Made by a program: the position numbers and the translations under genes. The notes under the pieces are model-generated. The model was not told where the DNA came from and did no database searches. It saw only the letters and a program-made list of their open reading frames with translations. From assembly GCA_964556125.1 (NCBI GenBank), contig CAZKUW010000002.1, positions 37,380 through 101,379 of the forward strand: a stretch of 64,000 nucleotides of DNA, given 5' to 3'. The DNA comes from an uncultured Candidatus Saccharibacteria bacterium (GTDB lineage: Bacteria > Patescibacteriota > Saccharimonadia > Saccharimonadales > Saccharimonadaceae). Each line of letters begins with the position of its first letter. The first letter of the stretch is position 1. Below are positions 55,156 through 63,154 of the stretch, piece by piece.

Positions 55156-56397
55156 ATGTCATTTCGAAATACTTCATCTAACTCTCGTTCACGAACCAGC
55201 CGCCCAGGACAAGGAAACAGCCGTTCATTCGGACCTTCTCGTCATTCACAAAAAAGCGGTGGTGCTCGCCGTGGTGCTTACATCCACCCAAGCAAGTTTA
55301 TTAACAAAGCCGTCGCTCCTGCCGAAGAAATCGTGTACGAAGCGAAGCACAAGTTTACTGACTTTGCATTGAGCGAAGCGCTCCAACAAAACATCCGTGA
55401 CAAGGGCTACACTATCCCTAGTGCCATCCAAGACCAAGCAATTCCTTTCATTCTTGAAGGTAAAGATGTTATCGGTCTTGCAAACACTGGTACTGGTAAA
55501 ACAGCTGCCTTCGCACTTCCTATCATCCAAAATCTCGACAAGCACGCTCTCACACCAGCAGTCCTCATCATGGCGCCAACTCGTGAACTTGCCCAGCAAA
55601 TTGACGAACAGTTCCGCCAATATGGGAAAGGTCTCGGCTTTTACTCAGCAATCTGTGTCGGTGGTATGAACATCGACCGTCAAATCCGCGATCTTCGCCG
55701 TAAACCACACGTTATTATCGGTACTCCAGGACGCCTGAAGGACCTAATGAAGCGTAACGAACTTAAGCTTGATAACATCAACGTTGTCGTTCTAGACGAA
55801 GCTGACCGTATGATGGACATGGGATTTGTCGACGACATGAAGATGATCCTCGGTCTTACTCCAAAGTCTCGTCAGACACTGTTCTTTAGTGCGACGATTA
55901 CTCCTAGTATTCAAATCTTGGTCCAACAATTCTTGAACAATCCTGAAACCGTCTCAGTTCGTACTGCTGAAACCAGCGAACACGTCGAACAAGATATCAT
56001 CGAGTCACCAACCAAAGAAGCGAAGCTTGAAATCCTTACTGAGATGCTTAAAGCGAGTGAATTTGAAAAAGTCCTCGTGTTTGGTGAAACGAAGTTTGGC
56101 GTCCAACGTCTTTCTGACCACCTAGAGCGCGAAGGATTTACTTCTGCAGCCATCCACGGCAATAAGTCTCAATCACAGCGTCAACGTGCCCTAAAGGCAT
56201 TCAAGGACAACAAGGTAAAGATCCTTGTCGCAACTGATGTTGCTGCTCGTGGTCTCGACATTCCAAATGTGAGCCACGTCATCAACTTCGACCAACCAGC
56301 ATCATACGAAGACTACGTTCACCGTATCGGCCGTACTGGTCGTGGTGGTGCATCAGGTAAAGCCTTTACCTTTGTTCCGACACAACGCAACCGTTAA
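55156..56397 (+). CDS. DEAD-box ATP-dependent RNA helicase
   Basis: Q-motif F.DF.L...L, NTGTGKTAAF, PTRELA, VLDEADRM, SAT and HRIGRTGRGG. Arg/Ser-rich N-terminus. The 5' UTR (about 125 nt) follows TGcTACAAT. Confidence 0.93.
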   Translation: MSFRNTSSNSRSRTSRPGQGNSRSFGPSRHSQKSGGARRGAYIHPSKFINKAVAPAEEIVYEAKHKFTDFALSEALQQNIRDKGYTIPSAIQDQAIPFILEGKDVIGLANTGTGKTAAFALPIIQNLDKHALTPAVLIMAPTRELAQQIDEQFRQYGKGLGFYSAICVGGMNIDRQIRDLRRKPHVIIGTPGRLKDLMKRNELKLDNINVVVLDEADRMMDMGFVDDMKMILGLTPKSRQTLFFSATITPSIQILVQQFLNNPETVSVRTAETSEHVEQDIIESPTKEAKLEILTEMLKASEFEKVLVFGETKFGVQRLSDHLEREGFTSAAIHGNKSQSQRQRALKAFKDNKVKILVATDVAARGLDIPNVSHVINFDQPASYEDYVHRIGRTGRGGASGKAFTFVPTQRNR

Positions 56398-56444
56398 GAC
56401 CTCTTCGTATTTGTGATTGCGTTTATGTTTGTTAAAATGAATAC

Positions 56445-58121
56445 ATGCGCAAGCTTACGTGGGGCTTTACACTTGTTGAATTAATTGTCGTCATTGCAAC
56501 AATCGGTATCTTAGCGACGATTTCAGTTATTGGACTGAGTCGCTACCAAGCAGACACGAGAGACGCTCGCCGCGTGGCGAGCGTTAGTGTTATATCTGAA
56601 GCACTCGAAAAATATTACGATGCAAACGGGGAATACCCTAGCTGTAGTTCGATAAAGGCACCTGCGGCCACGCTGACAACGACCACTCTCAATGGTGTTG
56701 ATCAAACCGCCCTGGTTGCCCCTCAGGCTGCCCCAGCAATCGACAACTCTCTCCAATGTACCAGTGATGGTAATAGTTTATCGGTCAATGGGACCGATTT
56801 CTTTGAATATACAGGCGACAATAGTGTGGCTTGTAACGGGACAGTGTCTTGTCTTCAGTATTCTTTAAAATATAAAGAAGAATCAACGGGAAGTATTAAA
56901 ACTGTTTCAAGCCGGCGTAACACCTCCATCGCTACTTCTGGAGCTGCCACTCTCTCCGCATCAACAACCAGCTTTACTAACGTCAATCTCTCTTGGACAA
57001 CAGTACAAAATGCTAGTGCATACGTCCTACAGGTCAGTACTGCTTCGAGTTTCCCGAATGATTCATCAACTCAAACGGTAAGTGGCATCAACGGCACTAC
57101 GTACAACGCAACCGGGCTTACAGCTGGAGTTTCATATTTCTTCCGCGTGAGGTCTGATGCGCTCAGTAGTACAGGAAACTGGTCAAACACACTTCCCGTA
57201 ACGACGTTAACCCTTGGTGCGCCAGGAAGCTGTTCGGCAACAGCGAACTCGAGCTCACAGATCACCGCTGGCTGTAACACCGTTGCGAATGCTTCTACTT
57301 ATGACGTTGACTACTCAACTTCAAGCACCTTTGCCTCAGGCGTCGTATCAACTACGAACTTAAGCACACCAAGCTATGTCGCGTCGGGACTGGCGACAGG
57401 AACACAATATAGTTTCCGTATTCGTGCCGTGGCACCGACCTATACTGGCCCATGGTCATCAACATTCAATGCGACGACTACCGTTCCGACACCAACAGGA
57501 TTAGCGCTCGCAGTCAATTCTTCAAGCCAAATCACCGCAACCTGGACGGCTGTATCGGTCGCGACGTCATACTCGATCGATTACTCTATCAACTCAAACT
57601 TTACCTCATCAACGACAATCAATAATATCTCGGGCACCTCACGAGTCGTCACTGGACTCCAACAAGGTCGCACCTGGTATTTCCGTGTCTCCGCTAACGT
57701 CGGAAGTGTTCCGAGCGCCCCATCAGCTGGTGTCAGCGCAACGACAACGCTCGATACACCAAATAGCCTTAGCTTTGGTGCGGCTCGTCCAGCCGGCGTG
57801 TACTCTACAGGAAACTCAAACTGGCTTCCAGGACAAAACTTCTCTGAAGGATCTGGTAACTATTACTATGCCTATGGATCAGTCAGTGGCGGATGTCCGT
57901 CAGGTTCGAGTATGGCGGTCTGGATGCGCGGTCGCTATAACTCACCAACGACTTGGTACTCAGCAAACTGGACGTATCAGCCAACCTGGGTCATTATCTC
58001 ACCGACAAGCGGCTATCAAGCAATATTCGAAGCCTACGCACGCTGTGATGGTCCAAACACTTCATCAGCTCAGGTGTATCTCGGCACTCGCTGTATTACA
58101 GCAGGGAATGTAGGTTGCTAA
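56445..58121 (+). CDS. giant type IV pilin-like protein with three FN3-like repeats (paralog of 49355..50938)
   Basis: MRKLTWG/FTLVELIVVIATIGILA. The first 60 or so residues are nearly identical to pilin 1. Three repeats follow the pattern ...W..V..A..Y.......F......(Y/W)(F)FR(V/I).... Confidence 0.85.
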   Translation: MRKLTWGFTLVELIVVIATIGILATISVIGLSRYQADTRDARRVASVSVISEALEKYYDANGEYPSCSSIKAPAATLTTTTLNGVDQTALVAPQAAPAIDNSLQCTSDGNSLSVNGTDFFEYTGDNSVACNGTVSCLQYSLKYKEESTGSIKTVSSRRNTSIATSGAATLSASTTSFTNVNLSWTTVQNASAYVLQVSTASSFPNDSSTQTVSGINGTTYNATGLTAGVSYFFRVRSDALSSTGNWSNTLPVTTLTLGAPGSCSATANSSSQITAGCNTVANASTYDVDYSTSSTFASGVVSTTNLSTPSYVASGLATGTQYSFRIRAVAPTYTGPWSSTFNATTTVPTPTGLALAVNSSSQITATWTAVSVATSYSIDYSINSNFTSSTTINNISGTSRVVTGLQQGRTWYFRVSANVGSVPSAPSAGVSATTTLDTPNSLSFGAARPAGVYSTGNSNWLPGQNFSEGSGNYYYAYGSVSGGCPSGSSMAVWMRGRYNSPTTWYSANWTYQPTWVIISPTSGYQAIFEAYARCDGPNTSSAQVYLGTRCITAGNVGC

Positions 58122-58122
58122 T

Positions 58123-58788
58123 ATGAATAACTTTGCCAATCTCTCAACTCTCAAGAAAGTGCTCATCAGCCTGATAATTATTGTCGTTGTCGCCGGTGGC
58201 GTTATCGTCGGTCTGGAGCTATTTAAAAAACCTGTCGTCACTCAGGTTGCCTCAGAAGAAGAGGAAGAAGAAGTCTATCCAATGGCTCCTGACACCACGA
58301 AAGATTTCGGCGCCTGTAAATTACTTGATAAAGAGAAGTTAAAGACCACACTAGGAACACCGGCAGCAACCTTGCAGGGTCCAGACAACCTAGGTCTCGT
58401 CCGATCAAGCTCAGATAATGGCACCGGTCGTCTTGGTGATGAATCTCAAGTGTGTAGCTATTCGTTTATCACTGGCGGTAAATTTGAAACAAACTTCAAT
58501 ATAGAGCAAGGATTTAGCGTCGAAATCTTTAAGTATGCGACTAAAATGAGCACTGATGCCGCTGTTGCCACATACACGAAAGATACTTCAATAACTGGAC
58601 TGGGTGACGGCGCTTACTACGGATCGACTACAAATGAGTTCCAGGGAATTACCCAGTATTGGCTCACTGTCTTTAGTGGACAAACCCACTATAGTTACCG
58701 TATCTCAGAAAAAATGGGTGACAAAGCATACACTACCGAATCAGCACGAGGAGTACTCGAAGCTATCGCCAAACAAGTCACGTACTAG
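58123..58788 (+). CDS. single-pass membrane protein coupled to pilin 2 (221 aa)
   Basis: Starts 2 nt after the pilin stop. TM helix VLISLIIIVVVAGGVIVGL followed by an acidic linker EEEEEE. Confidence 0.6.
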   Translation: MNNFANLSTLKKVLISLIIIVVVAGGVIVGLELFKKPVVTQVASEEEEEEVYPMAPDTTKDFGACKLLDKEKLKTTLGTPAATLQGPDNLGLVRSSSDNGTGRLGDESQVCSYSFITGGKFETNFNIEQGFSVEIFKYATKMSTDAAVATYTKDTSITGLGDGAYYGSTTNEFQGITQYWLTVFSGQTHYSYRISEKMGDKAYTTESARGVLEAIAKQVTY

Positions 58789-59282
58789 CTTGTTTTAATG
58801 CGGCGATAGGTGAATTTGGCGTTTTGTCGCCACTCGCCCGTACTGTCACTATCGTATTGATAGATAGCACCAGCCTTCACTTCTGAAATCAATATTAACG
58901 CAGGACTATACGGCGTTAAAGTTCGATAAAAAATAATATCTTCTGGCGATATGTTCGTTCGCCCCGGGAAAATTTCACGAAATTTAGACACACCTACCTC
59001 ATCGAAGTAGTGCGGTCGACCTTTAGGTGGCATATAGAGTTCAGCCTTCAATCCCACTCGCGAAACAATCTTCTGAACATCAGAAAGTAATAGTTTTGAT
59101 TGGCTCGTGATATAGAGAAATAATTGTTTCTTTTTCGTCAAGAAAAGCGTTGCTTCTGCAGTGCGGCTAACCGGAAAACGACGAGCAATGACCGCATCAA
59201 TATCAATATCAACCCCGAATTGGCTCTTGGCAATTTTCTCGAGGGCGAAGTCCTCGTACACCTGATCATTCATGTCTGTCAT
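58785..59282 (-). CDS. hypothetical protein (about 165 aa)
   Basis: The start is placed at the internal ATG 59282 (MTDMNDQ...) after AGGGGTGG. No family recognised. Confidence 0.5.
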   Translation of the reverse strand: MTDMNDQVYEDFALEKIAKSQFGVDIDIDAVIARRFPVSRTAEATLFLTKKKQLFLYITSQSKLLLSDVQKIVSRVGLKAELYMPPKGRPHYFDEVGVSKFREIFPGRTNISPEDIIFYRTLTPYSPALILISEVKAGAIYQYDSDSTGEWRQNAKFTYRRIKTS

Positions 59283-59361
59283 TGTACCACCCCTGATGAG
59301 CTTGAACAAAGAGTGAAGGAGTATATAATCATAAATTTTACTCTGTGACAGGGGTGTTATA

Positions 59362-62300
59362 ATGAGGGTAATGAATTTTTCGGAGAGGTATAAGCAGCTC
59401 AATACTGCTCAAAAAGAGGCAGTCGATCACATCGATGGACCAGTGATGGTTATTGCCGGACCTGGTACCGGAAAGACTGAGCTACTTAGTGTTCGAACGG
59501 CAAATATACTCGCGAAGACAGATACCTTACCTAGTAGTATCCTCTGTTTGACGTTTACTGAAAGTGGCGCAGCGGCGATGCGACAGCGTCTCGTCGGCAT
59601 TATCGGTAAGGATGCCTACAAGGTCGCTATCCACACATTTCACAGTTTCGGTACAGAAGTAATCAATCAAAACCGTGAATATTTTTATCACGGCGCCTTA
59701 TTTGAGCCAGCGGATGACCTGAGTCGATATGAAATTCTTCGTGGCATTTTCGATGAACTCGACTATAAGAATCCTCTCGCCAGCACTATGAATGGCGAAT
59801 ATACGCACCAACCCGATGCTACAAAAGTTATTTCTGAATTGAAACGGAGTGGCTTAACAAGTGATGAACTGCTCGCAGTGTTAGATGCAAGCGAATCTGC
59901 GCTCGATACGGCCGAGGCCTTAATCGCCCCTATACTTAGCGGAACAGTTAGCGTCAAAGTCCGAGATGCCCTCCAAGCCGCTCTCCCGGAACTTCTTGTT
60001 GCTGCAGAGAGAAGCGAAACACTATTTGAGATACCGCCACTCGCAAGAGTTATTTACGATGGACTGGTTAGCGCGATTGAGTTGTCTCAAGTCGATCACC
60101 CGACAAAACCGATCACTGCCTGGAAAAAGAAATGGCTCGTTAAAAATGAAAAAGGTGAGTTCATCTTTAAATCTCGTAATTATCTTGCAAAGCTCCGCTC
60201 ACTCACGTTTGTCTACTATGAATACCTCAGTCGTATGGAACAAGCAGGACTCTATGACTACGACGACATGATCCTTCAAGTGGTTCATGCCATGGAAGTT
60301 CATGATGAGCTCCGTTTTAATCTTCAAGAAAAGTATCTTTACATTATGGTTGATGAGTTCCAGGATACGAACTTAGCTCAGATGCGTATCCTTCATAACC
60401 TGACTGACAACCCGGCAAACGAAGGTGCCCCAAATGTGCTTGTCGTCGGTGACGATGACCAAGCCATCTATAGTTTCCAAGGCGCTGATATCAGTAACAT
60501 TCTTCGTTTTAAAGAAATTTACCCGAGCGCATCTCTTGTTACTCTAAAAGATAACTACCGTTCAGGCGAAGCTATCATCTCGGAATCTCGTGAAGTGATT
60601 GTTCAGGGTGAAGACCGTCTTGAAAACAAAGTTGTCGATCTTAACAAGGAATTAACACCACAGCAATCAATCAATGCACAGGTCGAGCTCATGCATGCTC
60701 CGACCATTGAAAGTGAGCGACACTGGCTCGTCAGCTCCATTTCAAAAGCAATCCAAAACGGTACAAAACCTGCCGATATCGCCGTTTTGACACGCCGTCA
60801 CTTTGAAATCCAAGGTTTACTACCATATTTTCAAGATGCAGGTATAGCCATTAGTTATGATCGTCAAGAAAATGTACTGGAACAACCGCCGATTGTCGCA
60901 CTCGAATTGCTCGCAACCGTTGTGGTCTCATTGAGCAATGGTGAGCACGATGTCGCGAACAGTTTACTACCCCGACTCCTCGCACATCCAGCATGGGGCA
61001 TCACTCCAAAGGAGTTGTGGGAGCTCAGCACCACAGCGTATCAAAGTCGTGAGCGCTGGCTCGATGTTATGGCGACGACACCTCGATTTCTTGATATTCA
61101 CAGCTGGTTAATCGAGCTAGCGGCATTGTCACAACAACTCGCACTGGAGCCAATGATTGATCGTCTCATTGGCCGTAGCGAAGAGGCGACCTATCCGAGT
61201 CCTTTCTTTGAATATTTCTTCGCAAAAGAAAAACTCCTTGAAACACCAAGTGCCTACCTTGATTGTCTTGCGGCTCTGAGAACTATTCGCTCACATCTTC
61301 GCGAATACCGTCCGAAAGACCAACCGACATTGTCATCCTTTATTGAATTTATCGTTCTTCACCGTCGTCTTGGGAGCAATCTCATGGTGGCACATGCTCG
61401 TCTCGAAGGCGATGACAATGCCGTAAATCTAATGACCGCCCATCGCTCGAAAGGACTTGAGTTTGATACAGTCTATATCTTCAATAGTGTGGACAACGTC
61501 TGGGGTGAAAAAGCCCTATCACGGAGCCGATCAATTAACTATCCTGAGAACCTCACTCTCGCTGATGCTGGTGGCTCTGCCGATGAGCGACTGCGTTTGT
61601 TTTACGTTGCGATGACACGAGCGAAAAAGCGTCTCGTCATGAGCTATAGCGACAGTAACGATACCGGTAAATCGACACTTATCGCAAGCTTCCTGTCTGA
61701 AAAAGCAGGTGAGGCAAAAGATATTCTAGATCATAGTGAAAGAGATTCAGTAAAAGCTGCTGAGCTCGCTTGGTATGCGCCGCTAGTCGAACCATCTGTC
61801 GATTTGAAGAAAATTCTTGCACCAACCTTACAAAATTATAAACTCAGTGTCACTCACCTCAATGCTTTTATCGATATCTCTCGCGGTGGTCCACAACATT
61901 TCTTGTTAGATCATTTGCTTCATTTCCCGAGCGCTAAATCTGCATCAGCCTCATATGGTTCAGCTATACACGCCACCTTACAACAAGCACATGTTCATCT
62001 CGCGGCAACAGGAGAGCAGAAGCCTCTTGAGGATATCTTGCGTGATTTCGAAGTCAACCTTAGTAATCAGCGACTCAGTCCACTTGACTACAGCACCTAT
62101 CACCAAAAGGGAAGTGAACAACTCCAAGCATTTCTTGCGGTTAAGTACGATGAGTTCAAACGAACCGAGAAATCTGAGCTCAACTTCTCAGGCCAAGAAG
62201 CGATGCTTGGTGAGGCTCACCTAACCGGTATGATCGATGTCGTCGATATTGACGAAAAGAGAAAATCAATGATCGTCACAGATTATAAAACCGGAAAGCC

Positions 62301-62640
62301 TGCCCTGAGTTGGAAGGGAAGTGATGATAATGAGAAAATTAAACTTCACAAATACCGCCAACAACTGATGTTCTACCATCTAATGATCAAGTCATCTCGT
62401 GATTATAGTAACTACACCGCCGAAATTGGCAAACTCGCATTTATCGAGCCGACAAAGTCAGGCGAAATCTCAACGCTTGAAATGTCTTTTGAAAAAGAAG
62501 AACTCGATCGATTTGAACGCTTGATCGGGAAGATCTGGGAACGAATCATCAATCTTGATCTGCCTGATGTTTCAGGATTTGATACATCATATAAGGGCGT
62601 CTTAGCGTTCGAAGAAGCACTCCTTGATGGTAGCGCTTAA
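59362..62640 (+). CDS. UvrD/PcrA-type helicase fused to a C-terminal PD-(D/E)xK nuclease (AddA/RecB-like)
   Basis: AGPGTGKTE (Walker A), VDEFQDTN, VGDDDQAIYSFQGA and TAHRSKGLEF. The C-terminal GMIDVVDID...IVTDYKTGKP...YRQQLMFYHLM is a RecB-type nuclease motif. Confidence 0.85.
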   Translation: MRVMNFSERYKQLNTAQKEAVDHIDGPVMVIAGPGTGKTELLSVRTANILAKTDTLPSSILCLTFTESGAAAMRQRLVGIIGKDAYKVAIHTFHSFGTEVINQNREYFYHGALFEPADDLSRYEILRGIFDELDYKNPLASTMNGEYTHQPDATKVISELKRSGLTSDELLAVLDASESALDTAEALIAPILSGTVSVKVRDALQAALPELLVAAERSETLFEIPPLARVIYDGLVSAIELSQVDHPTKPITAWKKKWLVKNEKGEFIFKSRNYLAKLRSLTFVYYEYLSRMEQAGLYDYDDMILQVVHAMEVHDELRFNLQEKYLYIMVDEFQDTNLAQMRILHNLTDNPANEGAPNVLVVGDDDQAIYSFQGADISNILRFKEIYPSASLVTLKDNYRSGEAIISESREVIVQGEDRLENKVVDLNKELTPQQSINAQVELMHAPTIESERHWLVSSISKAIQNGTKPADIAVLTRRHFEIQGLLPYFQDAGIAISYDRQENVLEQPPIVALELLATVVVSLSNGEHDVANSLLPRLLAHPAWGITPKELWELSTTAYQSRERWLDVMATTPRFLDIHSWLIELAALSQQLALEPMIDRLIGRSEEATYPSPFFEYFFAKEKLLETPSAYLDCLAALRTIRSHLREYRPKDQPTLSSFIEFIVLHRRLGSNLMVAHARLEGDDNAVNLMTAHRSKGLEFDTVYIFNSVDNVWGEKALSRSRSINYPENLTLADAGGSADERLRLFYVAMTRAKKRLVMSYSDSNDTGKSTLIASFLSEKAGEAKDILDHSERDSVKAAELAWYAPLVEPSVDLKKILAPTLQNYKLSVTHLNAFIDISRGGPQHFLLDHLLHFPSAKSASASYGSAIHATLQQAHVHLAATGEQKPLEDILRDFEVNLSNQRLSPLDYSTYHQKGSEQLQAFLAVKYDEFKRTEKSELNFSGQEAMLGEAHLTGMIDVVDIDEKRKSMIVTDYKTGKPALSWKGSDDNEKIKLHKYRQQLMFYHLMIKSSRDYSNYTAEIGKLAFIEPTKSGEISTLEMSFEKEELDRFERLIGKIWERIINLDLPDVSGFDTSYKGVLAFEEALLDGSA

Positions 62641-62643
62641 CTA

Positions 62644-62672
62644 TTGACGTAACACCTTAAAAATGCTATATT
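62644..62672 (+). promoter_or_regulatory. promoter of islet I (TTGACG-17 bp-TGcTATATT)
   Basis: TTGACG at 62644-49, a 17-nt spacer ending in TGC, and TATATT at 62667-72, immediately after the helicase stop. Confidence 0.55.
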
Positions 62673-62849
62673 AGTAGACGCATTGATCGAGGACGTGAGA
62701 CGTGGATGAAAATCTATTTGTATCTATATCCCACGTCCTCTCAAGCACCTGAACAGAGATGGAAATGGTATCTTTCGCCCCATGACGATAGGTAGGTTGC
62801 TTACGAGTGACCATTGAGACTTCGGTCTCGAATTCACCGAACGAAAGGT

Positions 62850-62993
62850 ATGGCCATGGCCACAACCTGCAACGGCTGTTGCGAGCGCTGCAGCGGTAGC
62901 TCGCAGCGTTCCCACGGTGGTACCGGCACCTGCAACGGTAGCTGCCGGGGATCCGGGCACACTCCCTACTGCACGGCGACCCACAAGACGTAG
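62850..62993 (+). CDS. GC-rich islet I: 45-47 aa Cys/His-rich peptide (not in the ORF track)
   Basis: Hand translation gives M-A-MATTCNGCCERCSGSSQRSHGGTGTCNGSCRGSGHTPYCTATHKT*. Seven Cys, three His, and TCNG(C/S)C occurs twice. 38 of 47 codons end in G or C, against about half in the competing 86-aa antisense ORF. AAAGG lies 7 nt before the second ATG (62856). Confidence 0.5.
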   Translation: MAMATTCNGCCERCSGSSQRSHGGTGTCNGSCRGSGHTPYCTATHKT

Positions 62994-63082
62994 ACTTTAC
63001 GTCGCGTCGCTAAGAGCACGAGGAGAAGACGGACAGGACGGTCGCAAGACCCCCTGTAAAAACAGTAGCTCCATCTCTGTTC

Positions 63083-63124
63083 CGTCTCCCATTCATCATA
63101 AAAAATTATGATCAGCGGGAGACG
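63083..63124 (+). terminator. long imperfect hairpin after islet I
   Basis: CGTCTCCC...ATCATAA-aaaa-TTATGAT...GGGAGACG followed by TTTGG. Terminator function is uncertain. Confidence 0.35.
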
Positions 63125-63154
63125 TTTGGAAACCTAACATGAGACAATAGAATA

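Noticed and set aside
54574-55177. ORFs 54574..54960 (+, 128 aa), 54599..54940 (+, 113 aa) and 54587..55177 (-, 196 aa) overlapping islet H
   Set aside because: They compete with a frame that has an AGGAGG RBS, strong GC3 bias and three clear TM helices. The 196-aa ORF also runs through the AT-rich promoter region.
62690-63110. Possible tmRNA, RNase P RNA or SRP RNA in the GC-rich hairpin-rich region upstream of dus
   Set aside because: I could find none of the diagnostic elements on either strand. There is no GGTTCGA-type T-arm with a CCA end, and no GGGG...TTCGAC 5' end or Ala-rich tag ending in a stop (tmRNA). There is no GAGGAAAGTCCGGGC or ACAGAA..CGGCTTA (RNase P), and no GGAAGCAGCC-type domain IV (SRP). 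A GC3-biased short coding frame explains the core better.
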